Positions 51,216 to 63,405 are shown, numbered from the whole stretch's first letter. The stretch: DNA of 63,405 nucleotides, filler included, from Folioceros fuciformis (GCA_049999805.1; 18 parts of 18 records of this genome joined end to end with filler, not necessarily neighbours in it), one strand, 5' to 3'. Notes: generated from the letters alone by a model not told the origin. Program-made: numbers and translations.

Positions 51216-51569
51216 TGGAATGGTTTCCCGTGGCATTGGCTGGGACGCCTTTGTCCTTGGGACCCAATGGTGGGAGGTAGCATAGCGTGGCATACAGTTA
51301 CGAGCAGAACACACTGCAGTTATCGGCGAAGATGAAGCTGTCGACGGATGCCGACCTCGATTTCCATGGCGACAAGATGATGAAATGGGTCCTCACTGTA
51401 CATACACCTCAGGCATGGAATCTGAGTTGACATAGTTGCTCTCAGCTTTCAGACCCAACTTTCCTTTCCTTGCTGACGAACAGGTCACTGGTCGGAATGG
51501 TTTGAACAAGCGAGGGTTCTCCACTGTGGACGATGCAGGGATGAGTCTTGTGTGCAAGGAAACAGAGTT

Positions 51570-51630
51570 ACTTGAGGAACGAGGACTTGAGGAACGAGGA
51601 CTTGAGGAACGAGGACTTGAGGAACGAGGT
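51570..51630. repeat. 15-bp tandem repeat x4
   Basis: ACTTGAGGAACGAGG x4. Confidence 0.9.
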
Positions 51631-52219
51631 CCTGAGTATGGAACTAGCATGTACAAACCATGCCGACTGTGTGTGCTTTGGCTGCACATGAAGTTCTTCG
51701 GAAACCGACAGATGTGCACGAGGACCCTGTTCTCAGGATTCGTGCCGGAATTGGAGCATGCAGACAGGTTGCAGCGGACAGGGGGCACTTCACCTTTCCA
51801 TGGGCGGTACGGTGATGCAAGTAGTCGTCACTGAACGCACACTTCCTCTCTTTCAGACAGTTTTTGTTTTCTTGTCGAGGACAAGGAAATAGGTTTGAAC
51901 ACCTAGGCTGTACGTCGCCTGCCAGTACTGAAGGTGCATTTGGACAAATCCTATGCAATAAAGGGAGCTGTTCTCACCTTCAAGATCAATTTTTTTTTTG
52001 GTTCTGTGACTAAATCATATTCCGCACGCATAGGAGTTTGCCGATGTCCTGGGCAAGTGGGGCATATCACTTATCTGTACCTCGGTAATAAACCTCTGGC
52101 CACATCCGACAACTTCTGTGGCCTTAGTCATCTATAGACTGCAGAGGTTGGTCGGCAACTTAGTCCCGGAAGCTTGATCATTTTTCTACATCATAGGTTA
52201 GAGATTTTTCTACATCATA

Positions 52220-52425
52220 GGTTGGAGATACGGAAGTTTGAGTTGGAGACATGGAAGTTTGAGTTGGAGACATGGAAGTTTGAGTTGGAGACATGGAAGT
52301 TTGAGTTGGAGACATGGAAGTTTGAGTTGGAGACATGGAAGTTTGAGTTGGAGACATGGAAGTTTGAGTTGGAGACATGGAAGTTTGAGTTGGAGACATG
52401 GAAGTTTGAGTTGGAGACATGGAAG
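52220..52425. repeat. 21-bp perfect minisatellite, at least 9 copies, running into the gap
   Basis: GGAAGTTTGAGTTGGAGACAT repeated. Confidence 0.97.
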
Positions 52426-52525
52426 NNNNNNNNNNNNNNNNNNNNNNNNNNNNNNNNNNNNNNNNNNNNTTAATTAATTAANNNNNNNNNNNNNNNNNNN
52501 NNNNNNNNNNNNNNNNNNNNNNNNN

Positions 52526-53378
52526 AGAGAGAGATGAGGGTGAGGGTACAAGAGGAGAGGCCTGCCATTGAAGGGGGGGCGGTCTATGGTGTGAGGTCCC
52601 CGGATTTTGTGGGTAGAACTCCTGGCTTAGGGCGCTGAGCCGGTTGAGGTCAACCCGAAGTCTTGATTCCCCTTGCCACTAGGGGAACGTGGGGATCCCG
52701 GGGCTGTCAAGATCCGTGTGGCCGGATCCGCAAGGGCTACATGAATCGCAGGTTGGCTGAAGTGAAGGAACAGGACCGTGAGTTGAAGGGCTATCCAGTC
52801 CTAGATCCACACTATGCTTGAAGGCTGCAAGAAGTGAAGCCATTGTGCTCTAATTTCCAGGGGGGGAAGAGCTGAAGAAAAGAGAGGAAGAGTTGGAGTG
52901 GAATGCATAGAAGTGAAGAGTGAGCTCTTGAAGAGTAGGAGTGTGTGTTAAAGTGGAAATCTTGGAGGACTGAAGTAAGGAGGAAGTGACTGAAGTAGAA
53001 ATCTTGGAGGACTGAAGTAGGGAGAAAGTGACTGAAGTAGAAATCTTGGAGGACTGAAGTAAGGAGGAAGTGACTGAAGTGGAAATCTTGGAGGACTGAA
53101 GTAAGGAGGAAGTGGCTGAGGTGGGAATCAAGAAGAGCTGGAGGATTGAAGAACAGGAGTGTGAGTTGGGTGAGCTGACTTAGGGGGTAGGCTAGGCTTC
53201 TAGCCCTTTTGTTGTGAGTGTATGGACAGACCTATAGACCGGCTGATAGGTAGAAGTGTGATAGGTAGTGTTCCTTGGCACTAATTCACTCCCTTGGGAG
53301 CGAACCATAGGACTGCAACGACAATAGGGGGATGTGTGGCCCCTTGGGTGGTTCTTGGGTGCAAGAAATCACTCCACA
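52526..53378 (+). mobile_element. LTR family A 3' portion with an internal 42-bp repeat x4
   Basis: Ends GGTGCAAGAAATCACTCCACA (reverse complement of 17551 onward). Repeat AAGTGGAAATCTTGGAGGACTGAAGTAAGGAGGAAGTGACTG at about 52951-53120. Confidence 0.85.
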
Positions 53379-54146
53379 AGGTTGACCTTCAAGAGCTGGC
53401 CAAATGTGACGGCGATCTGCTGATCCATGATGGCCCCAGCCAAGTTGAATGGCCCTCCTATCTTCCCTTTGTTCTTTTGGACAATCTCGACTGTGGATTT
53501 AATCACCACTACTACCTCCCTAGGTGACTCAGTTGTAGTCACGGGCCCTGCCACCTCTATTGCCTTAGCCAGCTCTTCCTGGATCATGTCCATGACCTCC
53601 CCCCGTACATCTGGTGGAAATTCCAAGTTCCCCTCTTTCCTATCCTTTGCTGGAGCTACTTCCTCTCCAGCCCTTCGTGTTTCCCTCTCGGAGTTCTTCC
53701 TTCCACGGCCTCCGTCCTCATGGCCTAACCCTTCCAAGTTTGGAGTGCTTCCCTCTTCCTCCTCCAATCCTACATTGGATTCAGCTTCCTTCCTCCTCTT
53801 CTTGGCACTCCGTTGCTTTCCTCTCCTCCTTCCATTACAGGTGCACACCACCATGGCTGTAACCTCCCCATAGTAACCACCTTTTGTGGTGTCTAGGTCT
53901 TATAAGCCCCTAAGCACCTTGGCCTCAACCTCCTCCCAAACGGCCATGAGAGCGTCCTCCACATGCATGGCTATTGCAACTCCTTGGGTGGCTGCTTGCT
54001 ACACCCCTGTCACAGGTGGTTGGGCAATCTGTACATTCTTCTGAGGATTTTGGCAAAGCACACTACTTGCCACATGACCTTGCTATCTGCAATCTTGACA
54101 CAACCTGTCATAATCCCCATTCCCCTGCCTAGTTGCTAATGGGCAA
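53379..54146 (-). mobile_element. Probable gypsy gag C-terminal fragment between two LTR insertions
   Basis: Zinc-knuckle remnant CQDCR*QGHVASSVLC, then a charged linker and FNLAGAIMDQQIAVTFGQLL, which resembles the gag-protease junction region. Confidence 0.6.
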
Positions 54147-55504
54147 TGTGGTGGCAAAACCCTGGGCACTGTTTGCCAATAGGTTAAACCTTTAGCGGCC
54201 ATTATTGTTGAGACATTGGGTTTTGTTCCCAAAAAGGAGCGATGGGGTTCCTAGCTACTATGGATGGAGAGTCGGACTCAATTGACTCGATGACGGATTC
54301 GAGGGCTCCCCTCCAGCTCCGATCAAGCGTGGGACAGTCCTTGTTGTCCAGCGGTAACTGCACCTCTCTCGGTGCCCACAAACTCACTCCATTCACTACA
54401 ACGACACTAACCTCTCATATCTGCAACTTTCCTCACTCACTTCACTCACTCCAACACTAGCAACTAGCAATCAGCAACGTCACCACTGCCTCCTACACAT
54501 CCCTACTGACTCCCCCTACCCGGCAAGAGTCACTAGACTAACCCCAAAGAAAAGCATGCCGCCACCCACGATCCTACCAGACACCATGCAAGCACAATCG
54601 GCACTCACTCCAGCCTTGCGAGGAAACAAGAATGACAAATCATGGAAACACAACACGGAGAGCACAATTAAGAATTAAAAGGGACCCCACCCTTAACCCT
54701 GGCCACCACTTCTCAAAGCTTTACCAGACGCTGCACACATGCATAGCCGGCACACACAGTACTGTATCCAAGCAGGGACAGCCTAAGAGTGCTCGCAAAG
54801 TGACAACCTGCCTCTACAGGCCTATAAGATCAGGGTCTCTCTCTCTTTGACTTCACCTCTCTCTATCTTGACAAATATTATTTTACTAGGACCACTAGCC
54901 TAGCCGGCTGTCACCAGCCACTTATTTAGACTTTCCTAGCACATCCTGCCGCCAATGAGCTGGCCCTACAACCTGCTGACCCTACCACCATAAGTATCTA
55001 CCACCTCTTAAACTATCCTTAGACTTTGAAGGATGCCTGATCTTCAAAGATCTGTGGACGCCACCTCTTCCTTGTTGGATGGTCGCTGCTAAGCCTTCCT
55101 CTGCAACTGTTCCCCCTTGGTGGCTGAGCCTGCTTCGAAGAGAGGAGTATCAGCAGTAGGAAAGATAGGGAAGAGGTGGGAAGGAGTAGGATCAGCAGCC
55201 GAAACTTGGCCTGAAGACAGTAGGTTATTCAGTAGAATCAGCTTCCAATCGAAGTGGTTCCTCGGCCATGGAAGACTAACCTCGGGGTACTGGAATAGGC
55301 TCCGAACTAGGAGGAAAAGAAAGCAGGTGAAATAGAGTTGAGTTGGAATTTCTAGAATTAAATCCAAAAAAATAGTTCTGAAAATAGAAAGGGGGAAATT
55401 AGGAAAATAAAAAGAAAGAAATACGGGAATACATACACAATATATGTATTAAATATGTATGAAACTGTATAAAATACAAGAGGTGGGGGGTGTCCGCATA
55501 CGGT
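54147..55504 (-). mobile_element. LTR family B (at least 1.35 kb)
   Basis: Starts TGTGGTGGCAAAACCCTGGG. Colinear with 55605-57015 and the other B copies. Confidence 0.82.
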
Positions 55505-55604
55505 NNNNNNNNNNNNNNNNNNNNNNNNNNNNNNNNNNNNNNNNNNNNTTAATTAATTAANNNNNNNNNNNNNNNNNNNNNNNNNNNNNNNNNNNNNNNN
55601 NNNN

Positions 55605-57015
55605 GAGGGTCGGACTTGATCAACTCGATGATGGATTCGAGGGCTCCCCTCTAGCTCCGATCAGGCGTAGGACAGGCCTCGCTGTCCGGCGGTCAGCTGC
55701 ACCTCTCTCGGTGCCCACAAACTCACTCCAGTCACTACAACGACTCTAACCTCTCATATCTGCGACTTCCTTCACTCACTCTCTCGCTCCAGCACCAACA
55801 CCAACAACTACCAGCAACCAGCAACGACACCACTACCTTGTACACTTCCCTACGGACTCCTCCTACCCGGCAAGAGTCACTAGACTAACCCCAAACAAAA
55901 GGAAGAAGGGAACACACTCCCCTCTTGGGTATCTCCTCCCCACAACCTTACCAGACGCCATGAGACATGGCCGGCCTACAGCACTTGACCAAGCAAGGAA
56001 CAAGAGTGCACAGGTCGGGAGGAAGACACACCCTTTACAATCAAGAGCTAGGGGCAAGCCCCTTCACCCTGGTCATTACACCTTGTGATCCTACCAGACA
56101 CTATACAACCGGCAACACGCTGCCCGCGATCCTACCAGACACTGTACAGCCGGCAACACGCTGCCTGCGATCCTACCAGACACTGTACAGCCGGCAACAC
56201 ACGGCTTGCGATCCTCCCAGACGTTGCACAGCCGGCAACACACTACAGGTCCTAGACCAAGCAGGGACAGACCACAAGAGCTTATGAAGAGAGGACCTCC
56301 AAGAGCTCACAAAGAGATAGACTGACTCCCAAAAGTGAATGACTCCTTCTTCCTACAGGCTCACCTGATCTTATAGGAGCCTCTCTCTCTCTCTGACTTC
56401 ACCTCTCTCTAACTTGAGAAATATTATTTTAATAGCCTATCCGGCTGTCACCAGCCACTTATTTAGACTTCTAGCACAACCTGCCACCAATGAGCTCCTG
56501 GCCCTACCACCACAAGGATCTACCACCTCTTAGACCATCCTGAGACTTCAGAGGATGTCTGATCTTCAAAGGTCTGCGGACGCCGCCTCTTCCTTGCTGG
56601 ATGGTCGCCTGCTAAGTCTTCCCCTGCAACTGTTCACCCTTGGTGGCTGAGCCAGCCTCTAGGGGAGGAGCATGAGCAATGGGAAAGATAGGGAAGAGGT
56701 GGGAAGGAGTGGGATCAGCAGCCGGGACCTGGCTTGAAAACGGTAGCTTATTCAGCGGGATCAGCTCCCAGCCGAAATGGTTCCTCGGCCATGGAGGACT
56801 GACCCTAGGGTGCTGGGGAAGGCCCTGAACTAAGGGGAAAAGAAAGCAGGTGAAACGGAGTTGAAATGGAATTTGTGGAATTAAATCCAGAAAAATAGGG
56901 AAGAAAATAGGAAAGGGGAAATTAGGAAAATAAAAAGAAAAGGAATACGGGGGTACCTATACGGTATACGTATCAGTACGTATTAAATACGTATCTAAAC
57001 CGTATAAAATACAAG
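55605..57015 (-). mobile_element. LTR family B interior with a 41-bp repeat x4
   Basis: Homologous to about 54270-55480. GATCCTACCAGACACTGTACAGCCGGCAACACGCTGCCTGC x4 at about 56087-56245. Confidence 0.82.
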
Positions 57016-58960
57016 NNNNNNNNNNNNNNNNNNNNNNNNNNNNNNNNNNNNNNNNNNNNTTAATTAATTAANNNNNNNNNNNNNNNNNNNNNNNNNNNNN
57101 NNNNNNNNNNNNNNNCTTGTTGTAGATTGTTGATTTTCGAAGATTAGGAGTATGAAATGTAATAGGTTTGCTTTACTATGCCACTTTGTATGTAGCATTG
57201 CAATGCATTGCTATTATTCATATATTGTAATGAAGGATTTGGATTCAAAAGCATGGTTATATTTCATTCTATGAATGCTGATGAGAAAGAGTGTAATCCA
57301 ATGTTAGTTAGCATAACATTTTATGAATTGAACATTATGAAAGAGAGTTAAGACAGAAGCCTAGAATCCATATTTGTAGGTTGTGGGAACATTTGTTCAC
57401 CTCGACATGCGGTGCTAAGGGTGCAGATATGAGGGCAAGTTCTTTTGTTGACGTTGTCCATCCCGATGCCAGCAGCCCCAATTGAACATAACATAGTGAA
57501 AGAAGGATTCTGGTCAAATAAGGTACAATGGAAGGACAATAGGTCTAAGAGGGTAACGTATGTCTTGTGCTCAAGATTCCTTGTTGAGCTGCGCTCTTTT
57601 AGTCAATTGCCTCCTTCAAGGGCTCCGCTCCTGACAGTTGGTCTCATGAAGCAATTCGCAGTTTAAAGGTGGCTATCTAGATTGACTATTCTTCCACCTC
57701 TCTGGATTTATACTTATACGGAGATTCAAACCCAGCATGGCCTCGGGATGCAGGGCAACTTTTCACATCTCAAAACATACACCTTCAGCTTTTAGTAGGC
57801 TCTCTCAGAGATTGACAAAAGGTTAAAGAAGACTAGAGTAGGAGGCCATTGATGATACCATCTCGAAACTCCAACAATAGTATGGGGGAAGGCTATGTGT
57901 AGCAAAACCTTTGGATCCTTGTTGTGAGACCTTCGGGCACATATTCACGATTCTAGTGAACGGAACGTCTCATAGAGTAAGAGGCTATCATTGCTTCCCT
58001 AATACTTGAAAGATGTCTTGGCTTGGCAAGATGTCTAGCCACGTGATAGTGATTCAACAGCTAATAGTGTTAATAGAATCAAGAGTGCACGGTCCCTTTG
58101 TGTCATTCGTCGAGTCCGTTGCGATCGTATCAGCACTAGTTGATGGCCTACGAGAGTTAGTGAGTACCAAGGGACATGATGTAGTCCTCGCAGTTCCGTA
58201 GGCATTTCGGATCAGCAGTCATCCTTCTCGGCTGGACAAGGACGACAAAGGCCTGACGTTTGGTGCCGTGCAGCGCTCAAGGCATTCGGTGTCCTCGTCA
58301 ATTGCTGTGGAAGGAACTCGGTAAGCAAAGCGAACCATACCCGAACCTTGTTTCTTTGAAAACAGAGCAGTGGACTCGGCATGAAAATCCCGTGTTGCAT
58401 CTTAGCATCCCACATCCACCAGAGCATAGAGATAGGGACTGGGAAGGCCAAGGTGTCCAAGTCTCTACTTCTATGTCACCCCTTAACGGAGAGGAAACTA
58501 GCTAGCACCTTCCCAATCCAAGGTGTCCCATCCTCTACTTTTGTGTGTCACCCCTTAACGGAGAGAAACTAGCGTGCACCATGCTGGAACCGAAGAAAGA
58601 GGGAACAAGGCGAACACCAAGCATGCAAGCGGGCGGATCATTGTTTGTTAATAGGAAGACTTGGGTCAGGCAAAGGGAGTTATTGCGGATCGCATGGGAT
58701 CGGGAGTAAGAGAGGAGACAGGTGCACCTCGAGTTGATGTGGTTGGTCGGACGAGGATACCATCACCTCAATTTGAGTGCTGCAGTCACTTGGGATCCAT
58801 TCATTAGTCTCTTACCATGAAGGGCCATGAAGAGGACAAGCAGACTCATCAGTAGTACAANNNNNNNNNNNNNNNNNNNNNNNNNNNNNNNNNNNNNNNN
58901 NNNNTTAATTAATTAANNNNNNNNNNNNNNNNNNNNNNNNNNNNNNNNNNNNNNNNNNNN

Positions 58961-59299
58961 TGGTGTTGGTGCTGGAGTGAGAGAGTGAGTGAAGTGTGTG
59001 AGGGAAGTCGCAGATCTGAGAGGTTAGAGTCGTTGTAGTGACTGGAGTGAGTTTGTGGGCACTGAGAGAGGTGCAGCTGACCGCCGGACAGCGAGGCTTG
59101 TCCTACGCCTGATCGGAGCTGGAGGGGAGCCCTCGAATCCATCATCGAGTCGATCAAGTCCGACCCTCCATCCACAGCAGCAAGGAACCCCATCGCTCCT
59201 TCGTGGGAACGAAACCCAATGTCTCAACGACAGTGGGATAAGTGTGGCCACTAAAGGTGGAACCCGTCGGCAATCAGTGCCCGGGGTTTTGCCTCCACA
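58961..59299 (+). mobile_element. LTR family B 3' end
   Basis: Near-identical to 30610-30946; ends GCCTCCACA. Confidence 0.85.
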
Positions 59300-60593
59300 C
59301 ATGCCAATGCCTTGCAATCGAACATGCAACCTTCTGAAGTGGTGCGAGTAGGCCGAAACAGCGCAAGCAGATCCTGTCATCGCGTCGATTTCAGAACACA
59401 CATCTGCGAGAACCTGCTCGTCGACACCTGCTCAGCCCTGCCAGCCCTCCTTTGCAAGCACAGCTTGGAAATCAGAGTTCAGCGAAGCCCCACCTTGCAA
59501 TTAGCACAGCTTGGAAGAACAGATTAGACAGCCCTGCCATCCTCAGGCCTTGTCGGAATCAAGGTCTGCCAGCTGCCTTGCACACGGGACACCTCAGCGT
59601 GCACGAGAGAGCGGACGCAGGAGTTTGCTTACCGGCCATGGCCCTAAACTTGCCGCCGCCTGCGCCTGTGGTGCATCTATCGACCTGCCTGTGACTCGGA
59701 GAACCCGAAGTCAAACACAGCAGCCCCGACCTTGCCTTCACAGAGGAGGAGAAAGGAAGCTGCCCTGGAGTACTGGCGCAAGCGGCTCGTTGCAGCCAAG
59801 CACAAGTCCTCGCAAATCTACGGCGAGATCCTTAGCTTGGAGCGTGTGACAAGCTTGAAGCCATCCTCCTCGAGAGAGGCCTCTCTGCAGACCCGCCAAA
59901 CGACACCCGAGATGGCGATGCCAATTGCATGAGCTCCAGCATCGACCGGATGAGCTCCCTCAACCCTTAGCGCCTTTGCCGATGCGTCTTTTGCATGCCC
60001 ACAGCCTGAACCTGCAGTTAGGTTGCTGTTTTCTCGGAGTGGAGGTTGCCATACCTTCGTTGCCTAGATTCCATGGCTGGCTCCCCAGGCTCCGGTGGCA
60101 TCTCTAGCCACAGCCCGGCAGGGGTTCTAATCGGTGGGCCAGCAGCGGCCTCCTCAGGCACACCTGCTGCATCCACGATCTCTAGAGTGCCTGCAGCATC
60201 AACTCTCGGCACCACATCTTCAAACCTTGCGAATACCACTTCGACCACAATTACGGCAACTACCTCTTGTAGAACGAAAAAGTTAGGTAATCGCTCTAGG
60301 AAAGTCTAACTTGGTTTCTTTTTGTTCAGAATAGTTCGAAGGGAGGCATGTGGAAGGTAGGTTTCTAGGCACGTGAGCGGCTGGTGAAGGATTTTATGGA
60401 GTTTTTTAGTTCTATTTTGATAGGTTAGAATAAGAAGATACCTACATAGTAGAATGTCTACCTACATACGTAGAGAGAGTACCTACGTGGGGAAAAAGAA
60501 AGATACCTGCGTAGGTAGGGAAGGTACTTACATGGTAGACACCCCACCTACGGCAATAGGGTAGGCTATCTACCTACGACAATGGGTGGCAAT

Positions 60594-60765
60594 GGTAGGG
60601 AACCTACCTACGAGAAGAGGGGTAGGGAACCTACCTACGAGAAGAGGGGTAGGGAACCTACCTACGAGAAGAGGGGTAGGGAACCTACCTACGAAAAGAG
60701 AAGAGAAGAGGGGTAGGGAACCTACCTACGAAAAGAGAAGAGAAGAGGGGTAGGGAACCTACTTG
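60594..60765. repeat. 27/37-bp tandem repeat x6, each unit with a hairpin
   Basis: GGTAGGGAACCTACCTACGAGAAGAGG; stem GGTAGG/CCTACC with a GAA loop. Confidence 0.92.
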
Positions 60766-60887
60766 GAAATCGGTACTGGGGCCGTCCAAGTGAAGGAATG
60801 GTGCCTACCTACTGACTGGATGTGTTGCAGGCTTGGTAGGTACGTGATTGGGAGGGTTGACTATTGTAGGGGAACGACATATGTAGC

Positions 60888-63090
60888 TGTGGAGTCCACA
60901 TGACAAACAGATTCCATCGAAAATGGTAGTGTTTCTTTTTTTGGGGATTTATGATTGAATTTCCTGGAGAAGTGGTTAGGAGATTAGGCTAGATTAGAGG
61001 TTAGATTAGTGGTTTAGGGAATAGGGTCTAAGTAGGACGTGTGGTAAGAGGTCATGGGTCTAGGTTCCTCTAGGTGTGCAGATGAAAGGGAACCCTAGAA
61101 CTGGTCATGGGGATGGAGGTGTCGGGACGCTGCCCTGGTGCATCGAGTGGATAGGGATCACGAGAGTAGGTGGTCGGATTAGCAGACTGGCAAGATGCGG
61201 GGCGGTGGCTTGGATCTGGCTGGATTTGGAAGGCAGGAGCCAGCTTGCGACCTTTGAGAAAGCAACGGCAGTAGGCTCGCGGACCGGCTGCAGGTGGACC
61301 TAGCCATGATGGCTCGACTAGCCGGCGAGCGAGTCTGAGGTGAATTAAGGGGTTGGCTGGTTGGAATCCAGGCAACGGCCTAGGTAGCTGGCGTAGCCAG
61401 GCAGTCGCCCGGCTTGTTGGCAGCGGGATGGACCAGGATGGTAGGCAGCCAGCAGCGGCAGTGGGGCTGGCTGGCTGGCCGACTCCGGAGCCGGGCTGGC
61501 TATGGCTGGTCCAACCCGGCGCGGCCAAGCCAAGCAGGCTGGTTGCTGGCGGATCCGGGGAGGCCTGGCTGATCGGGTAGCCAGGCCGGTGGTAGCGAAT
61601 CAGGGCCGAATCCAGGCCAAGCGTGGATCCGGGCTGGGAAGGCTGGCAGAAAGGCTGGCTGGCGGACCAGTTGCAGCGGGATCCAGCAAGACAGTCAAGA
61701 CGGCCGACTGGCCGAGGGAAAGATTGCTAGCGACAAGGAGGCCGGCCAGTCAGCACGTAGGCAGCGGCCAGGGCCGGATGGGCTGGCAAGCGGATCCGGC
61801 CGGCAGCTGACAAGTAGTCTGGCTGGGGCGGAAGCCAGGTTGGACGGGACCTGGCTAGATCCGGAGGAGGGCTGGGTTAGCAGCGTCCCGGCTGCTGAGG
61901 GCGAGCAGGCACCTAGCAGCGCGGACACCCGGAGGTGGGCGCCTGGTTGGATCACCAGGTAGCCGCCTGGCGGTTGGCAGGATCCGGCCGGGCTGGGCTG
62001 AAGCAGGTTGGCAGAGCAGTTTGGTCTGGTTGCTCGACCAGCCGGGCTGGCCGGCTGGTCACGGCTAGAGGCAGGTGCTAGGTAGCCAAGCTTGCGGGCT
62101 GCCTGCAAGTAGGGGAGCAGCCAGGCCAGGCAGGCGGCCTGGCCGGAGGTGGCCGACCAGCGGAGGCCGGCAGCTGAGAAGCCTGGACCAGTAGGCGGCC
62201 AGCTAGAGCGGGATCTAGGCCAGGCCCGGCTGCTGGAGATCAGGTAGGCTGGCTGGCGATGGCAGCTGCAAGCAGGCATCAGGTAGCCAGCGTGCCGGCT
62301 GATGGTAGCTACAGGCAGGCATCAGGCAGCCAGCGTGCCGGCTGATGGCAGGTGACCCTGTAGGTAGACAACCGGCAGTGGCTGGCGGGGCCGGTGGCTA
62401 GAGGATTCAATAGGTTGCGGGCTGATCCAGGCCAGGTAGGTTGGCAAGTCGGATCCCAGCCGCTACATGGGACGTGCATCCTAGCAGTTGGCTGGATCGC
62501 GGCCAGGCCAACCAGGTAGGGAGTAAGGAGCTCCAGCCAGTCAGGCGGGCAGCCCGGTCCGGCTGCAGGCAGGTGGGGGCTAGCTGGCGGACCGGCTACA
62601 AGCAGATCCCGCTAGCCAGCAGGAGGGCGCCTGGCCGGATCGCCAGGCAGCTGGCGGCTGGCAGCAGTGGGCTAGCTACTGAGGTCCAAGCAGGTAGACC
62701 CGACCAGCAGCAGGTGGCTTAGCAAGCGAGCTGCCTAACCAGGTTCAGGAGGAGCAGGCCGCCCTGTGGGCTGGTTGCCTAGCCAAATCCAGGTAAGGCT
62801 GGCCAGTAGGCGAGCCTAGGCACGCGAGCAGGTTGGTATGGGGGGCTTGCCAGATTCGGCTGGCTTCCCAGCCAGATCTAGCCAGCAGCAGGCTGGCCCG
62901 GCGGCTGACACAGCCGCTGAGGAAGGTAGGCGGCCAGTAGCGTAGGCAGCGGCCGGGCTGGATCGCCAGGCAGGCCGCGTTGGCGGTAGGATGGCTGGAA
63001 CCGCAAGTGTAGCAGCCTGGGAGCCGGATTCAGGCTGAGACCGACAGGATTCAGCGGGATTTAGGGCAGGCGGATCGAAGCAGGAGCCAT
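60888..63090 (+). mobile_element. LTR family A-like 5' end continuing into an about 1.9-kb GC-rich array
   Basis: TGTGGAGTCCACATG...GGTTAGGAGATTAGGCTAGATTAGAG matches the reverse complement of 18500-18621 and 27470-27584. Confidence 0.75.
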
Positions 63091-63405
63091 TGTGGAGTGG
63101 AACTTGCACTCAAGAAACACCAAGGGCCACACTTCCCCCTTATTATCGTCGTAGTACTAGGATTCGCTTCCAAGGGAGTGAACTAGTGTCAAGGTCCCCC
63201 ACAATCTCGCCCACACTGCCCAGATCTAATCCTATCTATCAGCCGGCTCCTAGACCTAACCACCCTACAGCAAAAAGACCAGAACCTTGTCTTCAACACC
63301 AACCACAACCCTGGTTGAATGAGGACTCAGCATCATCTTCACCTCCCACTTCGAGCTCCGGGTTTCAGCCGCCTCAATAGCTGGGAGGAGGCCCTAGCCC
63401 TGGCC
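63091..63405 (-). mobile_element. LTR family A 3' end nested in the preceding array
   Basis: TGTGGAGTGGAACTTGCAC...CCAAGGGAGTGAACTAGTGTCAAGG is colinear with 17551-17880. Confidence 0.88.

Noticed and set aside
52174-52477. WKFELET/MSPTQTS repeat ORFs
   Set aside because: Translations of a perfect 21-bp minisatellite.
57116-58860. Possible gene or transposase in this contig
   Set aside because: Only short ORFs and a duplicated stretch of about 55 bp (58448 and 58518); no motif or consistent exon chain could be supported.
60594-60765. Palindromic repeats as a possible CRISPR array
   Set aside because: Linkers are identical or simple expansions rather than unique spacers.

Overview
This is not a contiguous locus. 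It is 18 short contigs of a repeat-rich land-plant nuclear genome joined by 17 identical artificial 100-bp linkers (44 N + TTAATTAATTAA + 44 N), so neighbourhood across linkers means nothing. A non-flowering plant is my inference, from a single-domain DUF26 gene, PLS-type PPR remnants and TTTAGGG motifs. Four host genes are supported: a 5'-truncated six-exon acyl-ACP thioesterase (6539-8344, minus), a complete five-exon alpha-tubulin (34692-36591, minus), a secreted single-DUF26/Gnk2-like protein (38477-38947, minus) and an intronless F-box gene (49977-51215, plus). Most of the rest is mobile DNA: Athila-like Ty3/gypsy and Ty1/copia fragments, four recurrent LTR families that are often nested, L1-like LINE pieces, two PPR pseudogene remnants and many minisatellites. 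The best candidate for something new is a decayed, near-full-length CRE-clade-like non-LTR retrotransposon (zinc finger, RT, restriction-like endonuclease; about 46320-49454). It lies immediately downstream of a 34-bp minisatellite built on the plant telomere motif. Also notable are LTRs inflated by kilobase-scale GC-rich or minisatellite arrays, and an alpha-tubulin with atypical intron positions and duplicated MYB-type sites upstream. All calls come from reading the sequence by eye; no searches were run.
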